Below, one piece after another: positions 38,617 to 55,239 of a stretch of 64,000 nt of DNA. The stretch lies in assembly GCA_963729895.1 (NCBI GenBank), contig CAVSQB010000007.1, forward strand, positions 1 to 64,000, given 5' to 3'. Position numbers and translations under genes: made by a program. The notes beneath the pieces are model-generated. The model searched no databases, had not been told where the DNA came from, and worked only from the letters and a program-made list of their open reading frames with translations. The first letter of the stretch is position 1, and each line of letters opens with the position of its first letter. The stretch comes from an uncultured Fibrobacterota bacterium (lineage in GTDB: Bacteria > Fibrobacterota > Chitinivibrionia > Chitinivibrionales > FEN-1185).

Positions 38617-38645
38617 AAGGGTGTGCTTTGCGGCACACCCGCTTT
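38617..38645 (+). terminator. Hairpin after tuf, possible terminator
   Basis: gggtgtgc-tttgcg-gcacaccc followed by gcttt. Confidence 0.5.
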
Positions 38646-38686
38646 ATCGGACGCGGTAACACTTATACAACGTATCGGCGGTACAG

Positions 38687-38839
38687 ATGCCCAGAGAGAT
38701 CATCCAGTTGGAATGCACGTCGTGCAAGAGGAATAATTATTCACTTATGAAGAATAAGCGTAAGCATTCGGAGCGTCTCGAACTGAAAAAATACTGCCCG
38801 TTCGAACGCAAACGTACGGTACATAAAGAAGCGCGTTGA
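38687..38839 (+). CDS. rpmG: 50S ribosomal protein L33
   Basis: Manually translated: MPREIIQLECTSCKRNNYSLMKNKRKHSERLELKKYCPFERKRTVHKEAR (below the ORF-track cutoff). Confidence 0.95.
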   Translation: MPREIIQLECTSCKRNNYSLMKNKRKHSERLELKKYCPFERKRTVHKEAR

Positions 38840-38972
38840 GTGCCTATTGCCTCTCCTATTTTCCCTGCTTTGTGCGAGTAGTAATGCGGCAAGCCGGACA
38901 TTGCCAAAAGTATTTCGTCGGGTAGTGTGGTTTTCAATGTGTCACAATACAGTCTTGAGGTAAGTGTCACCT

Positions 38973-39045
38973 AGGTCTGTAGCTCAATTGGTAGAGTAGT
39001 GGTCTCCAAAACCATTGGTTGGGGGTTCGAGTCCCTCCAGACCTG
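38973..39045 (+). tRNA. tRNA-Trp (CCA)
   Basis: aggtctg/cagacct acceptor, ct-cca-aa loop, position before secE. Confidence 0.95.
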
Positions 39046-39067
39046 ATTCAACAGACTGAGAACAGCC

Positions 39068-39259
39068 ATGCAGAAATTCATTCAGTATCTCAAAGACGTC
39101 CGCGCAGAAATGATCAAGGTGAGCTGGCCCAGCCGAAACGAGCTTTTCGGTGCGACCATGCTTGTGATCGTCCTCAGTCTCATCATGGCCGTTTTCGTAT
39201 ATGCATGCGACCAGGTGATAAACCGTATTGTCGGCCTGTTGCTCAAAATAAATCTGTAG
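39068..39259 (+). CDS. secE: Preprotein translocase subunit SecE
   Basis: EMIKVSWPSR followed by one TM helix. Confidence 0.95.
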   Translation: MQKFIQYLKDVRAEMIKVSWPSRNELFGATMLVIVLSLIMAVFVYACDQVINRIVGLLLKINL

Positions 39260-39282
39260 AAACGAATCTCAAGGATTTCCTC

Positions 39283-39813
39283 ATGGCAAAACGTTGGTAT
39301 GCTGTCCACACTTACTCGGGCCAGGAAGCCAGGGTAATGGAATACATAACCGATCTTATCGCCGCTGGCGAAATGAAAGACCAGATCGGTCAAGTGCTCA
39401 TGCCGACGCACGATGTGGTTCATGTCAAGAACGGCAAGAAGATCAAGACGACACGCAAGTTCTTCCCGAGCTACATTCTCGTGGAATTGGAATTGAATAA
39501 GGAAACTTCGCATTTCATACGAAATGTCAATGGCGTGACCGGATTCGTGGGCGGGAAGAAGCCACAGCCCCTTCGCGAGGAAGAGGTAAACCGGATCTTG
39601 GGTCAAACGGAAAAAAACACCCGGCAGCAAATTTCCGAAGTGCCGTTCGAAATCGGCGACGCGGTGAAGATAAAAGAAGGCCCGTTCAAGGATTTCGACG
39701 GCGTAGTCGACGAAATTCATCCGGAAAAAGGCAAGGTCAAGGTCATGGTCAGCGTGTTCGGCCGCTCGACCCCGGTCGAACTCGATTTCATGCATGTCAA
39801 TCCTATAAGTTAA
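39283..39813 (+). CDS. nusG: Transcription termination/antitermination factor NusG
   Basis: [46 protein letters not shown]. Confidence 0.97.
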   Translation: MAKRWYAVHTYSGQEARVMEYITDLIAAGEMKDQIGQVLMPTHDVVHVKNGKKIKTTRKFFPSYILVELELNKETSHFIRNVNGVTGFVGGKKPQPLREEEVNRILGQTEKNTRQQISEVPFEIGDAVKIKEGPFKDFDGVVDEIHPEKGKVKVMVSVFGRSTPVELDFMHVNPIS

Positions 39814-39835
39814 TACAGCGAAAGGGGTACGTCCT

Positions 39836-40261
39836 TTGGCAAAGAAAGTCAACGCAATCATAAAGCTGCAGATTCCGGGCGGCCAGGCGAATCCCGCGCC
39901 CCCGGTGGGACCGGCGCTCGGCCAGCATGGTGTCAACATCATGGAGTTTTGCAAATCGTTTAACGCAAAGACCAAGGACGCCAACGGCATGATCATTCCG
40001 GTCGTCATCACGGTGTACGCCGATCGCTCGTTCACTTTCATCACCAAGACACCACCCGTGTCGGTCCTAATCCTCAAGGAACTCGGGCTGGAGAAGGGGT
40101 CGGGCGTTCCCAACAAAGACAAGGTAGGAACCCTTACCAAGGTACAGGTGAAAAAGATCGCGGAAACCAAGATGCCCGACCTCAACGCGGCGAGCATCGA
40201 TGCGGCGATGCGGATCGTGGCCGGAACGGCTCGCAGCATGGGCGTCAACGTCGCCGACTGA
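39836..40261 (+). CDS. rplK: 50S ribosomal protein L11
   Basis: [22 protein letters not shown]. Confidence 0.98.
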   Translation: MAKKVNAIIKLQIPGGQANPAPPVGPALGQHGVNIMEFCKSFNAKTKDANGMIIPVVITVYADRSFTFITKTPPVSVLILKELGLEKGSGVPNKDKVGTLTKVQVKKIAETKMPDLNAASIDAAMRIVAGTARSMGVNVAD

Positions 40262-40290
40262 AGCGAAGTTTACAAAGGGAGCTCTCATAC

Positions 40291-40989
40291 ATGAAACGTC
40301 ACGGCAAGAAGTGGAAGGCCTCTCGGACCAAGATCGACAAGACAAAGGAATACGCGCTTGGCGAGGCGGTGGAATTCCTGAAGGCCAACAAGGCGACAAA
40401 GTTCGACGAAACGGTCGAGGTGGCCGTCAATCTCGGCATCGACCCCAAGAAGAGCGATCAGAACGTGCGCGGCGCCGTGGTGCTCCCGCACGGCCTGGGA
40501 AAAACGGTCCGCGTCCTCGCGTTTGCGCAGGGCGCCAAGGCCGACGAGTCCCGCGAAGCCGGTGCGGACTTCGTTGGCGCGGAAGACATGGCCGAGAAGA
40601 TCACCGGCGGGTGGCTCGAGTTCGACGCCTGCATCGCAACGCCCGACATGATGAAGGTGGTGGGAAAGCTCGGGAAGATCCTGGGTACGCGCGGCCTCAT
40701 GCCCAACCCCAAGGTCGGAACGGTCACCATGGACATCGGCAAGGCGATCAAGGAACTCAAGCGGGGAAAAGTGGAATTCAGGGCCGAAAAAGGCGGCATT
40801 GTGCATGCGCCGCTGGGAAAACTTTCGTTCGACTCCGCCAAGCTTGTTGAAAACGTCAAGGCGTTTCTCGATGCGCTTTCCAAAGCGAAGCCGTCGTCGG
40901 CAAAAGGGCAGTTTCTCAAGAAAGTCGTGCTCACCAGCACCATGGGGCAGGGCGTGAAGCTGGTCACTGTTGCAGAAGCAAAGGCATAA
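40291..40989 (+). CDS. rplA: 50S ribosomal protein L1
   Basis: [25 protein letters not shown]. Confidence 0.98.
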   Translation: MKRHGKKWKASRTKIDKTKEYALGEAVEFLKANKATKFDETVEVAVNLGIDPKKSDQNVRGAVVLPHGLGKTVRVLAFAQGAKADESREAGADFVGAEDMAEKITGGWLEFDACIATPDMMKVVGKLGKILGTRGLMPNPKVGTVTMDIGKAIKELKRGKVEFRAEKGGIVHAPLGKLSFDSAKLVENVKAFLDALSKAKPSSAKGQFLKKVVLTSTMGQGVKLVTVAEAKA

Positions 40990-41044
40990 CGGCGCCGTGC
41001 GCCGGCCAGACTCGAATAACACCTAGAAAAAGGCATAGACTCAC

Positions 41045-41599
41045 ATGGCGACCAGAACCCAAAGAACGCAGTCGATAGAAATCCTGGAAAAGGAATTCAG
41101 GGACGCGAAGGGAATCTATCTCACCAACATCAACAGGATCGACGTTGAGAAGATCACCAAGCTGCGCAACGAAATCCGCAAAAAGGGCATGAAATACATC
41201 GTTGTCAAGAACACCCTTGCGAGAATCGCGCTCGAACGGTGCGGCAAGAAAGAACTCACGCCGTTCCTCAAAGGCCAGATCGGCGTGGTGGTCGCCCAAA
41301 ACGAGAGCATGGCCCCTGCCAAGATCATCAGGGATTTCCAGAAGGAATTCGGGAAGGACAACCTCAAGAACATTCTCGAAGTCAAGATCGCCTATGTGGA
41401 CGGCGCAACGTTCGGCGGCCAGGACACGGCGCGGCTTGCCGACATTCCATCCCGCGAGGTCCTGCTGTCGCAACTGCTCGGCGTGTTGCAGGCGCCGATG
41501 ACAAAATTCGCGGGTACGCTTCTCGGCGTGCTCACCACATTTGCGGGAACGGTGGACGCGGTGAGGAAAAAGAAAGAGTCCGAATCCCCGGCTCCCTAG
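41045..41599 (+). CDS. rplJ: 50S ribosomal protein L10
   Basis: VVKNTLARIA, IPSREVLLSQL; position. Confidence 0.96.
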   Translation: MATRTQRTQSIEILEKEFRDAKGIYLTNINRIDVEKITKLRNEIRKKGMKYIVVKNTLARIALERCGKKELTPFLKGQIGVVVAQNESMAPAKIIRDFQKEFGKDNLKNILEVKIAYVDGATFGGQDTARLADIPSREVLLSQLLGVLQAPMTKFAGTLLGVLTTFAGTVDAVRKKKESESPAP

Positions 41600-41677
41600 T
41601 ACGGCGGGCCGCGGATCACGGCAATCACGAATATGAGGAATTCACAACAATAACTTTCAAGATATGGAGGTACTCCT

Positions 41678-42064
41678 GTGGCGACTTTAACGAATGAAGA
41701 ACTGGTTGATGCGATCGGCGGCAAGACGGTGCTTGAGTTGTGCGATCTTATCAAGGCCATCGAAGACAAATTCGGCGTCAAGGCCGCGGCTCCCGTCGCG
41801 GTCGCAGCCGCTCCTGCGGCAGGCGCTGCAGCTGCGGCCCCGGCCGAGGAGAAGACGGAGTTCTCCGTGATTCTCAAGGAGGGCGGCGCCAAGAAGATCC
41901 AGGTGATCAAGGTCGTTCGCGCCGTTACCGGCCTGGGACTCAAAGAGGCGAAAGACCTGGTTGAGGGCGCTCCCAAGGCGGTCAAGGAAGCGATTCCCAA
42001 AGCAGAGGCGGAGAGCATCAAGAAACAGCTGGAAGAAAACGGCGCCGTCGTTGAGATCAAGTAG
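41678..42064 (+). CDS. rplL: 50S ribosomal protein L7/L12
   Basis: Ala-rich hinge, [18 protein letters not shown]. Confidence 0.98.
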   Translation: MATLTNEELVDAIGGKTVLELCDLIKAIEDKFGVKAAAPVAVAAAPAAGAAAAAPAEEKTEFSVILKEGGAKKIQVIKVVRAVTGLGLKEAKDLVEGAPKAVKEAIPKAEAESIKKQLEENGAVVEIK

Positions 42065-42264
42065 CAAAAGATCATTACCCAAGGAATCCTATACCGGTTG
42101 CTTGCATCCTTAAAACAGAGTCATTCCTTTTGGCGGGAGCACGAAATGCTCAGAGGAGCGTTTCGTGCTCGCTATTGGAAAATCGGATCGGTTCCCGGGC
42201 TTGCCGATGTTCAATCGGAACGGCGCACGGATGTTTTCAACGCACAAACTGAGGGGATACGCGA

Positions 42265-45200
42265 ATGGTAGAACGTAGAAGTTATTCCCGCATTCCAAAA
42301 GTCATGGACTTGCCGGATCTTCTGGAGATACAGACCAAGTCGTACAGTGTCTTTTTGCAAGCCGACGTTCCGCCCCGATTGAGAAAAAAGCAGGGACTCA
42401 ACGGCGTGTTCCAAAGCCTGTTTCCGGTCAACGACGTCAAGGGATATTATTCCCTTGAATTCGACGGGTACAAGCTCGGGGTCCCCAAGTATACAATAAA
42501 GGAATGCAAGGAACGCGGCATGACCTTTGCCGCGCCGCTCAAGGTCGACATGTCGCTGCTCGTGTACGAACAGGACGGTGAGGTCAAGAAGTTCGTTGAA
42601 AAGATAACCAACGAAGTCTACGTCGGCGAAATCCCGCTCATGACGGACCGCGGAACGTTTGTCGTCAACGGCGCGGAGCGGGTCATCGTGAGCCAGCTCC
42701 ACCGTTCGCCCGGCATCACCTTTGACGAAGAAGAACAGCCCAACGGCGAAAAGGAGATGACCGCCCGCATCATTCCGCAGCGCGGCTCGTGGGTCGAGAT
42801 GATCCTCGATGCCGACGACGTCCTCACCATCAACATCGACCGCCGTAAGAAGATGCCGGCCACCATTCTCCTGCGCGCGCTCGGCTATTCCACCGACGAG
42901 AAGATCCTTGCCGTGTTTCACGAGCGCGAGAGCGTGGAGGTGAACCCCAAGAACAAGGCCGCCATCGTCGGCAACGTCAACGCGGTGACGATCTTCAACA
43001 AGGAGACCGGCGAAATCATCATCGATGCCAACGAGATCATCACCGAGGAAAAATATGCGGGCATCGTGGCGAACAAAATTGACAAAGTACAGATCCTCGC
43101 CCACGTGTCGAACCCCGAGAACATGATCATCCGCAACACCATCGCCATCGACCCCACCAAGTCCGAGGAAGAGGCGCTCTTTTACATTTACGCCACCATG
43201 CGGCCGGGCGATCCGCCCAACGTGGAAACCGCCCGCAACCTCGTGCAGCGCCTGTTCTTCGACGAAAAACGCTACGACCTCGGCAACGTGGGACGGTACA
43301 GGCTCAACACCAGGCTCAACCTCACCAGCGAGGAAGGCCAGAACACGCTCACCAAAGACGATTTCGTGGCCGCGTTCAAGTACCTCATCGGCCTCGGCGG
43401 CGGCGAGGGATTCATCGACGACATCGACCACCTCGGCAACCGCCGCGTGCGGAGCGTGGGCGAGCTCCTGTCCGCGCAGTTCACGGTGGGGCTCACCAGG
43501 ATGGTTCGCACCATCCGCGAGCGGCTCAGCCTGCGCGACAACGAAAACATCACCCCGCAGGACCTCATCAACGCGCGCACCGTGTCAACCGTTGTCCAGG
43601 CGTTTTTCGGATCGTCCCAGTTGTCGCAGTTCCTCGACCAGACCAACCCGCTGTCCGAGCTCACGCACAAGCGGCGCGTAAGCGCGCTCGGGCCCGGCGG
43701 ACTCACGCGCGAACGCGCGGGGTTCGAGGTGCGCGACGTGCACCACACGCATTACGGGCGCCTGTGTCCCATCGAGACGCCCGAAGGACCCAACATCGGC
43801 CTCATCGCCTCGCTGTCCACCTACGCGCGGGTCAACGAATTCGGGTTCATCGAGACGCCGTACCAGAAGATCGAGGACGGCAAGCTTACCCGCGACATCA
43901 ATTACCTCACGGCGGACCAGGAAGACAACTACAAGATCGCCCAGGCGAACACGCCTATTGACGAGAAGGGGAAAATCACCGAGACCTTCGTGTTCGCGCG
44001 GTACCGCGGCGACTTCCTCCTGCTCACCCCCAAGGACGTCACCTACATGGACATTTCTCCCATGCAGCTCGTGAGCGTCGCGGCGGGGCTCATTCCGTTC
44101 CTCGAACACGACGACGCGAACCGCGCCCTCATGGGTTCCAACATGCAGCGCCAGGCCGTGCCGCTGTTCAACACCGAGGCGCCGCTCATCGGCACCGGAC
44201 TGGAATACCGTGCCGCGGTCGACTCGGGATGCATGGTCACCGCGCGCAATCCCGGGGTCATCGAGAAGGTGGATGCCAACACCATCGTGGTGCGCAAGGC
44301 CAAGAGCGCTGCCGCAGACGACATCCTGGGCCTCACGGAGTTCGACTCCTACGATCTTGTCAAGTACGAGCGGTCCAACCAGGACACCTGCATCAACCAG
44401 AAGGTGTGCGTCAAGGCCGGCGACAAGGTGAAGATCGGCGACGTGCTCGCCGACGGTCACGCCACAAAAGAGGGCGAACTCGCCCTCGGCCGCAACGTCA
44501 TGGTGGCGTTCATGCCCTGGCGGGGCTACAACTTCGAAGACGCGATCATCATATCCGAGAAGCTGGTTGCCGACGACATCTACACGTCCCTGCACATCGA
44601 GGTCTTCGAGACCGAGGTGCGCGACACCAAGCGCGGTCCCGAGGAACTCACCCGCGAGATCCCCAACGTGAGCGAAGACGCGGTAAAGAACCTCGACGAG
44701 ACGGGCGTGGTCCGCGTCGGCACCGAGGTGGAAGCGGGCGATATTCTTGTCGGTAAAGTGACCCCCAAGGGCGAAACCGAACTGTCCCCCGAAGAGCGCC
44801 TCCTGCGCGCCATCTTCGGAGAAAAGGCGGGGGACGTGCGCGACTCGTCGCTCAAGGCGCCGCCCGGACTCAAGGGCATCGTGATGGACACGCGCATCTA
44901 CTCCCGCAAAGAACGCGACAAGCGGTCCAAGAAAAAAGACAAGAAGATCATCGACGAGATGAAACTCTCCATCAGCAAGCAGATCGCCGACATCGAGAAG
45001 GCGAGGCTCGAAAAACTCACCGGCCTCCTCGGCGACACGGTTTCACGCGCCATCACCAATGTCCACACGGGCGAAACAATCGTTCCCGAAGGTAGGAAGT
45101 GGACAAAGCAATTGCTTAACAAGATCGATTTTTCGAGCATCGCCTTCAAGACGGGCCTGTGCAGCGACACGGCCAGAAACAAGAAGGCCGAAGAGGTGCT

Positions 45201-46044
45201 GTACCGCGCCAACGACCTGATCGCCAGGCTCGAAGACAAGCTCGACAAGGAGATCGACAAGATCGTCCGCGGCGACGAACTCAAGCCCGGCGTTCTCCAG
45301 CTTGTAAAGGTATACATCGCCAAGAAGCGTAAGCTCTCGGTGGGAGACAAGATGGCCGGGCGCCACGGCAACAAGGGCGTCATCTCCAAGATCGTTCCCG
45401 CCGAAGACCTGCCGTTTTTGCCCGACGGCACGCCGGTGGACATCATTCTCAACCCGCTCGGGGTCCCTTCGCGCATGAACTTCGGCCAGATTCTCGAGAC
45501 GCACATGGGCTGGGCCGCGGCGAAACTGGGGCTCCGTATCTCCACGCCCGTGTTCGACGGCGCCACCGCCGACGATGTCGACAAGCTGCTCGCCCAGGCC
45601 AAGCTTCCCAAAACGGGGAAGATCCAGCTTCGCGACGGCAGGACCGGCGAACCGTTCGACCGCGAAATAACGGTGGGGCCCATTTACATGATGAAGCTCT
45701 GCCACCTCGTGGACGACAAGATCCACGCCCGGTCCATCGGCCCGTATTCGCTGGTCACGCAGCAGCCCCTCGGGGGAAAATCGCAGTTCGGCGGGCAGCG
45801 TTTCGGCGAGATGGAAGTGTGGGCGCTCGAGGCGTACGGCGCGGCGTACACGCTCCAGCAGATCCTCACGGTCAAAAGCGACGATCTCACCGGGCGGTCC
45901 AAGATATACGAATCGATTGTCAAGGGAGAAAATTCTCCCCAGTCGGGCGTGCCGGAATCGTTCAAGGTCCTCATCCGTGAAATCAAGGCGCTTGCTCTCA
46001 ACATAGATGTAAAAATGGGTGATGAAGTGTACAAGGCCATGTAA
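42265..46044 (+). CDS. rpoB: RNA polymerase beta subunit
   Basis: 1259 aa; [42 protein letters not shown]. Confidence 0.99.
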   Translation: MVERRSYSRIPKVMDLPDLLEIQTKSYSVFLQADVPPRLRKKQGLNGVFQSLFPVNDVKGYYSLEFDGYKLGVPKYTIKECKERGMTFAAPLKVDMSLLVYEQDGEVKKFVEKITNEVYVGEIPLMTDRGTFVVNGAERVIVSQLHRSPGITFDEEEQPNGEKEMTARIIPQRGSWVEMILDADDVLTINIDRRKKMPATILLRALGYSTDEKILAVFHERESVEVNPKNKAAIVGNVNAVTIFNKETGEIIIDANEIITEEKYAGIVANKIDKVQILAHVSNPENMIIRNTIAIDPTKSEEEALFYIYATMRPGDPPNVETARNLVQRLFFDEKRYDLGNVGRYRLNTRLNLTSEEGQNTLTKDDFVAAFKYLIGLGGGEGFIDDIDHLGNRRVRSVGELLSAQFTVGLTRMVRTIRERLSLRDNENITPQDLINARTVSTVVQAFFGSSQLSQFLDQTNPLSELTHKRRVSALGPGGLTRERAGFEVRDVHHTHYGRLCPIETPEGPNIGLIASLSTYARVNEFGFIETPYQKIEDGKLTRDINYLTADQEDNYKIAQANTPIDEKGKITETFVFARYRGDFLLLTPKDVTYMDISPMQLVSVAAGLIPFLEHDDANRALMGSNMQRQAVPLFNTEAPLIGTGLEYRAAVDSGCMVTARNPGVIEKVDANTIVVRKAKSAAADDILGLTEFDSYDLVKYERSNQDTCINQKVCVKAGDKVKIGDVLADGHATKEGELALGRNVMVAFMPWRGYNFEDAIIISEKLVADDIYTSLHIEVFETEVRDTKRGPEELTREIPNVSEDAVKNLDETGVVRVGTEVEAGDILVGKVTPKGETELSPEERLLRAIFGEKAGDVRDSSLKAPPGLKGIVMDTRIYSRKERDKRSKKKDKKIIDEMKLSISKQIADIEKARLEKLTGLLGDTVSRAITNVHTGETIVPEGRKWTKQLLNKIDFSSIAFKTGLCSDTARNKKAEEVLYRANDLIARLEDKLDKEIDKIVRGDELKPGVLQLVKVYIAKKRKLSVGDKMAGRHGNKGVISKIVPAEDLPFLPDGTPVDIILNPLGVPSRMNFGQILETHMGWAAAKLGLRISTPVFDGATADDVDKLLAQAKLPKTGKIQLRDGRTGEPFDREITVGPIYMMKLCHLVDDKIHARSIGPYSLVTQQPLGGKSQFGGQRFGEMEVWALEAYGAAYTLQQILTVKSDDLTGRSKIYESIVKGENSPQSGVPESFKVLIREIKALALNIDVKMGDEVYKAM

Positions 46045-46059
46045 GGGGTGGTGTAACCG

Positions 46060-46108
46060 TTCAACGGTTGAAAAGTTGAGAGGTTGAAAAGTTGAAAAGT
46101 TTCAAACC
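46060..46108. repeat. Short 8-bp tandem repeat (GTTGAAAA)n between rpoB and rpoC
   Basis: ttcaacg-gttgaaaa-gttgagag-gttgaaaa-gttgaaaa-gtttcaaacc. Confidence 0.75.
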
Positions 46109-46145
46109 CTTGACGCCGAACCCTTGAACCCAAGGAGGAACAGCG

Positions 46146-50222
<4,077 letters not shown>

Positions 50223-50295
50223 GCGCCCTGTCCCATTTGTGTTACGCGGTGGCGTGTATTATTTTGAAAAATTGTCTTTTTCCGGAGGATAGCAG

Positions 50296-50673
50296 GTGCC
50301 CACAATCAGTCAACTCATTCGGAGCGGAAGAAATATCCTTTCTTCCAAAAGCAAGGCAGGCGCGTTGCAGAAGTGCCCGCAGCGGCGGGGCGTATGCATC
50401 AGGGTTTTCACCACCACGCCCAAGAAGCCGAATTCGGCGCTTCGCAAGGTCGCGCGCGTCCGTCTCACCAATCATATCGAGGTGAATGCCTATATCCCCG
50501 GAGAGGGCCATAATCTGCAGGAACACTCAATCGTTCTTACCCGCGGCGGCCGCGTAAAAGACGTGCCGGGCGTGCGCTACCACATCATCCGCGGGGCGCT
50601 CGACACCCAGGGGGTGGAAGATCGCAGGCGGGGTCGGTCCAAATACGGCGCCAAGAAGCCGAAGAAGAAATAG
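50296..50673 (+). CDS. rpsL: 30S ribosomal protein S12
   Basis: [25 protein letters not shown]. Confidence 0.98.
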   Translation: MPTISQLIRSGRNILSSKSKAGALQKCPQRRGVCIRVFTTTPKKPNSALRKVARVRLTNHIEVNAYIPGEGHNLQEHSIVLTRGGRVKDVPGVRYHIIRGALDTQGVEDRRRGRSKYGAKKPKKK

Positions 50674-50685
50674 GAATTCGAAGCT

Positions 50686-51156
50686 ATGTCACGAAGAAGA
50701 AGTTCGCACCGGAAAGATTTCATCCCGGACCCGAAGTACAAGAGCGTGCTGATAACGCAGTTTATCAACAACCTCCTGAGACGCGGCAAGAAGCGTCTTG
50801 CCGAGACCGTCGTGTACGACGCCATCGAGCTCGCGGGGCAGCGCACCAATCAGGACGGCATCGGCGTGTTCAAGAAGGCGGTCGACAATGTAAAGCCCAC
50901 GGTCGAGGTCAAGAGCCGCCGCGTGGGCGGGGCAAACTATCAGGTGCCCGTTGAGGTGGCGTCCGACCGGAGGACGTCGCTGGCCATCCGTTGGCTCATC
51001 ACCTATGCAAAGGAACGCACCGAGAAAAGCATGGCCGAAAAACTCGCCAACGAATTCGTCCAGGCGTCCAAGAACGAGGGCGGCGCGGTCCGGAAAAAGA
51101 TCGATACGCACAAGATGGCAGAGGCTAACAAGGCATTCGTCATTTTCAGATGGTAG
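50686..51156 (+). CDS. rpsG: 30S ribosomal protein S7
   Basis: EVKSRRVGGANYQVP, HKMAEANKAF. Confidence 0.98.
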   Translation: MSRRRSSHRKDFIPDPKYKSVLITQFINNLLRRGKKRLAETVVYDAIELAGQRTNQDGIGVFKKAVDNVKPTVEVKSRRVGGANYQVPVEVASDRRTSLAIRWLITYAKERTEKSMAEKLANEFVQASKNEGGAVRKKIDTHKMAEANKAFVIFRW

Positions 51157-51263
51157 CCCTTCCGCGTGCGGAGGCCGCCGTCTGCGCATTCGCGGGGTAG
51201 GTTCTTTTACAGTCCGGGAACAATCAAGGTCGTACCAGGCAAAGACTGCGGGACAGCGGGAAC

Positions 51264-53348
51264 ATGGACAAGACATTTCCGTTAAGCAACGTGCGAAACA
51301 TCGGGATCATGGCCCACATCGATGCCGGGAAGACCACCACCACCGAACGGATCCTGTACTATACCGGGATCATCCACCGGATCGGGGAAGTCGATGACGG
51401 CAATACCGTCATGGACTGGATGCAGCAGGAGCGTGAGCGGGGAATCACCATCACCTCCGCGGCGATCACCACCGAGTGGAAAGGCGTTCGGATCAATATT
51501 ATAGATACTCCCGGGCATGTGGATTTTACGGTTGAAGTCGAGCGTTCTTTGAGAGTTCTGGATGGCGCAGTTGCCATATTCGATTCGGTTGGAGGCGTGG
51601 AACCTCAGTCGGAAACGGTCTGGAGACAGGCTGACACGTACAACGTTCCTCGAATCGCGTTTGTGAATAAGATGGACCGTGTGGGGGCCGATTTCAAGAA
51701 TGTCGTCCGCATGATGGAGCAGAAGCTTGGAGCGGCGGCGGTTCCCGTCCAGGTGCCGGTCGGCGCCGAGGACACGTTTACCGGCGTCATCGACCTCATC
51801 AGGATGAAACAGTATCGGTACGGAGAAGAAGATCTGGGTGCAACGGTGACGGAACACGACATTCCCGCGGACTATGCCGACGAAGCGCGGCACTACCGGC
51901 ATATGATGCTCGAAAAAATCTGCGATTTCGACGAGGAATTCATGCACCAGTTGCTGGAGGACAAGACGCCCGGTGAATCGCTTGTCAAGCGGGCGATACG
52001 GGCCGGCGTTCTGTCGGGAAAGGTGAGTCCGGTGTTGTGCGGGGCCTCGTTCAAGAACAAGGGAGTGCAGCAGTTGATCGATGCAATCGTCGACTTTCTC
52101 CCCAGTCCTTTGGACAGGAACACGGTGCACGGGTTCGATCCCAAGGCGGGGCACCAGGTCACGCGTTCCGCGCAGGACAGCGAACCGTTTTGCGCCCTGG
52201 TTTTCAAGATCGTGTCCGATCCGCACATAGGACGTCTGGCGTTTGCGCGGGCCTATTCGGGTGCCATCGATCTCAAGAGCACCCTTCTCAATCCTCGCAC
52301 CAATTCCCGGGAGCGGATCACCCGCATCTTCCGCATGCATTCCAACAAGCGGAAACCGGAACAGAGCATGCACGCGGGAGACATCATGGGACTGGCGGGC
52401 CTTAAAGATACGGCGACGGGCGATACGGTCTGCGATCCAGAGCACCCCATCTCGCTCGAGCAGATGACGTTCCCGCAGCCGGTGATATCCCGGTCCATAG
52501 AGCCGAAGAGCACGGGCGATGAAGAAAAACTCAACGGCGCACTTGCGCGCCTGGTCGACGAAGATCCCACGTGCACGGTGAAACTTGACCCCGAAACAGG
52601 GCAAACAATCATCTCCGGGATGGGAGAACTTCACCTGGAGATCCTGATAGACAGGTTGACGCGCGAATTCAACGTTGAAGCGCACATCGGAAAACCGCAG
52701 GTATCCTATAGGGAAACAATTACCGGAAGCACGGTTGAAGCGTTCGAACTGTCCCAGCTTATCGGGGGCAAGAACCAGTATGCAAAACTCGTGCTTTCCG
52801 TTGAACAGATAAGTCCCGCTCGCGGAACCGAATTCGAAAGCAAGCTTTCACAAAAGTCAATTCCAGCCGAATTCGTGAATGCGGCAAAACAGGGAATTGT
52901 CGAAACATCGAGCGGCGGCGTGATGTCCGGGTATCCGCTCACGGGCGTCCGCACTACGCTCAAGGGACTGGACTTTCGCGAGGACGAATCCACGGAAATG
53001 GCGTTCAAGATCGCCGGGTCCATGGCGTTCAAGAATGCGTGCGCGCGGTGCACGCCGGCCCTGCTGGAGCCGGTGATGAAGGTTGAAGTCGTGGTCCCGC
53101 CCGATTACATGGGGGCGGTCATCAACGATCTCAACGCGAGGCGGGGCAGGATAAGCGGCATTACCGCGCGCAAGGACGCGCAGATCATCGGGGGAGAGGC
53201 GCCGCTGTCGGAAATGTTCGGCTATGCAACCATGCTGCGCTCTTTGACACAAGGAAGAGCCGTTTACTCGATGCAGTTCGATCATTACGAGCAGACAACC
53301 AAGACGGTTCAGGACGAGATTCTCAAACGGATTGGAAGAATATGGTAA
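51264..53348 (+). CDS. fusA: Elongation factor G (divergent domain IV)
   Basis: [30 protein letters not shown]; str-operon position. Confidence 0.95.
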   Translation: MDKTFPLSNVRNIGIMAHIDAGKTTTTERILYYTGIIHRIGEVDDGNTVMDWMQQERERGITITSAAITTEWKGVRINIIDTPGHVDFTVEVERSLRVLDGAVAIFDSVGGVEPQSETVWRQADTYNVPRIAFVNKMDRVGADFKNVVRMMEQKLGAAAVPVQVPVGAEDTFTGVIDLIRMKQYRYGEEDLGATVTEHDIPADYADEARHYRHMMLEKICDFDEEFMHQLLEDKTPGESLVKRAIRAGVLSGKVSPVLCGASFKNKGVQQLIDAIVDFLPSPLDRNTVHGFDPKAGHQVTRSAQDSEPFCALVFKIVSDPHIGRLAFARAYSGAIDLKSTLLNPRTNSRERITRIFRMHSNKRKPEQSMHAGDIMGLAGLKDTATGDTVCDPEHPISLEQMTFPQPVISRSIEPKSTGDEEKLNGALARLVDEDPTCTVKLDPETGQTIISGMGELHLEILIDRLTREFNVEAHIGKPQVSYRETITGSTVEAFELSQLIGGKNQYAKLVLSVEQISPARGTEFESKLSQKSIPAEFVNAAKQGIVETSSGGVMSGYPLTGVRTTLKGLDFREDESTEMAFKIAGSMAFKNACARCTPALLEPVMKVEVVVPPDYMGAVINDLNARRGRISGITARKDAQIIGGEAPLSEMFGYATMLRSLTQGRAVYSMQFDHYEQTTKTVQDEILKRIGRIW

Positions 53349-53439
53349 CCTCACCCCAACACCCCGGTCCTTCGGGCCACCCCTCTTCCCCTCTCCCACT
53401 GGGAGAGGGGAAGAGGGGACGGGGGTGATGAGGTGAGGT
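53348..53439. repeat. REP-like long palindrome between fusA and rpsJ
   Basis: acctcacc...ccctcttcccctctccc-act-gggagaggggaagagggg...ggtgaggt. Confidence 0.9.
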
Positions 53440-53504
53440 CGAAAAATCCTAAATAGCAACAGAACTCTCGAATAAGGTATACAGGTCTTTCTAAAGGAGT
53501 CACC

Positions 53505-53813
53505 GTGCCGGGCGAAAGAATCAGAATCAGGCTCAAGTCGTTCGACCATAACATTCTCGACAAATCGACATCCGACATCGTGCGGACGGCCAAGGGTACC
53601 GGCGCCAGGATTTCCGGCCCCATCCCGTTGCCCACCGAGAAGTCGATTTATACCGTGCTGCGGTCGCCTCACGTCAACAAGAAGTCGCGGGAGCAGTTCG
53701 AGATCAGGATTCATAAACGGCTTATCGACATCCTCGAATCAACACCGCAGACGGTTGATTCCCTGATGAAACTCGATCTGCCTGCAGGGGTCGACGTCGA
53801 GATCAAGGTGTAA
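53505..53813 (+). CDS. rpsJ: 30S ribosomal protein S10
   Basis: [31 protein letters not shown]. Confidence 0.98.
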   Translation: MPGERIRIRLKSFDHNILDKSTSDIVRTAKGTGARISGPIPLPTEKSIYTVLRSPHVNKKSREQFEIRIHKRLIDILESTPQTVDSLMKLDLPAGVDVEIKV

Positions 53814-53817
53814 TTGA

Positions 53818-53914
53818 CCGCCTCACCTTATCTCCCCCACCCCTCTTCCCCTCTCCTTTGTAAGGAGAGGGGAAGAGGGGTGGCCCAAAGGGCCGGGGTA
53901 AAGGGGTGAGGCGG
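53818..53914. repeat. REP-like long palindrome between rpsJ and rplC
   Basis: ccgcctcacc...ccctcttcccctctcctt-tgt-aaggagaggggaagaggg...ggtgaggcgg. Confidence 0.9.
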
Positions 53915-53952
53915 CGACCAAAGTTACTCATAACTGTTGAATGGATATCATT

Positions 53953-54585
53953 ATGCAAGGAATTATCGGGAAGAAAATCGGAATGACGCAGGTATTTGCC
54001 GCCGACACGGGCAGATACGTCCCGGTCACCGTGATTCAGGCCGGACCGAATGTCGTGCATCAGGTGAAAACCGTCGAAGCCGACGGCTACCGGGCGGTGC
54101 AGCTCGGGTTCGACGTCGTTTCCGACAAGAAGATCACCAAACCGCTTGCGGGCCATTTCAAGAAGCACAATTCCACGCCCACGCGGGTCATCAAGGAATT
54201 CGACCTCGATTCGCCCGAGGAGAGCGTGACGCCCGGACAGAAGATCGGTGTGGAAGTGCTCGAGAACATCAAGTTCGTCAATGTCGTGGGCGTCTCCAAG
54301 GGCCGCGGCTTTACGGGCGGCGTCAAACGGCACAATTTTCAGCGCGGCCGCGAGACGCACGGAAGCAAGGCGCACCGCCAACGCGGATCCTCCGGGGCCA
54401 ATACAACACCCGGCCATGTCTGGAAGGGCCTCCGCATGGAAGGCCAGTACGGCAACGAACAGGTTACCGTCCGCAACCTGGAAGTGGTGGCGCTCGACAA
54501 GGAGGCAGGGCTCGTTCTCATCAGGGGCGCGGTGCCCGGCCCGAACAAAGGAATCGTTTTTATCAACAAGGTCATCAAGAAATAG
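53953..54585 (+). CDS. rplC: 50S ribosomal protein L3
   Basis: GKKIGMTQVF, SKGRGFTGGVKRHNF, GAVPG. Confidence 0.97.
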   Translation: MQGIIGKKIGMTQVFAADTGRYVPVTVIQAGPNVVHQVKTVEADGYRAVQLGFDVVSDKKITKPLAGHFKKHNSTPTRVIKEFDLDSPEESVTPGQKIGVEVLENIKFVNVVGVSKGRGFTGGVKRHNFQRGRETHGSKAHRQRGSSGANTTPGHVWKGLRMEGQYGNEQVTVRNLEVVALDKEAGLVLIRGAVPGPNKGIVFINKVIKK

Positions 54586-54609
54586 CAGCTTTGTAAAGGC
54601 GCAGTACAC

Positions 54610-55239
54610 ATGAAAGCCAAAGTGTTTTATCAGGACGGAACAGTGAAGGGCGAAATAGACCTTGCCGACAGCGTCTTTAACGCGGACGTCAACGAGCAGG
54701 TGATGTACCTGGTTGTCAAGACGTATCTCGCAAACCGGCGCCAGGGCACGGCCAAGACAAAGGGCAGGAGTGAGGTAAGCGGCGGCGGGCGAAAACCGTG
54801 GAAACAGAAGCACACGGGCAACGCGCGCGCCGGCTCCAACACCTCGCCTTTGTGGGTGCGCGGCGGAAAGGCGTTCGGGCCATCTCCGCGGAATTACTAC
54901 CGCTCCATTCCCAAAACGATGCGAAAGGTCGCCCTCACGTCGGCCCTGTCGTCCCGGGCGAAGGAAGATAAGATTGCCGTGGTGTCGGGCATCACCTGCG
55001 ACGCTCCCAAGACAAAGACCGTCGCCGCAATGCTCAACGCGCTTGCGCTCGGCGGAAAGAGAACCCTGCTCGTCATCGATCTGGCAAGCAGGAACGTTTA
55101 CCTCTCGGGCAGGAACATAAAGAACCTTACCGTAAAACCGGTTTCCGAAATCAATGCCTACGACGTGTTGAACAACGATGCCATTGTTTTCGGGTCCGAA
55201 GAGATTGTCAAGAAGATCGAGGAGGCCGCGGCACTGTGA
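54610..55239 (+). CDS. rplD: 50S ribosomal protein L4
   Basis: [29 protein letters not shown]. Confidence 0.97.
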   Translation: MKAKVFYQDGTVKGEIDLADSVFNADVNEQVMYLVVKTYLANRRQGTAKTKGRSEVSGGGRKPWKQKHTGNARAGSNTSPLWVRGGKAFGPSPRNYYRSIPKTMRKVALTSALSSRAKEDKIAVVSGITCDAPKTKTVAAMLNALALGGKRTLLVIDLASRNVYLSGRNIKNLTVKPVSEINAYDVLNNDAIVFGSEEIVKKIEEAAAL

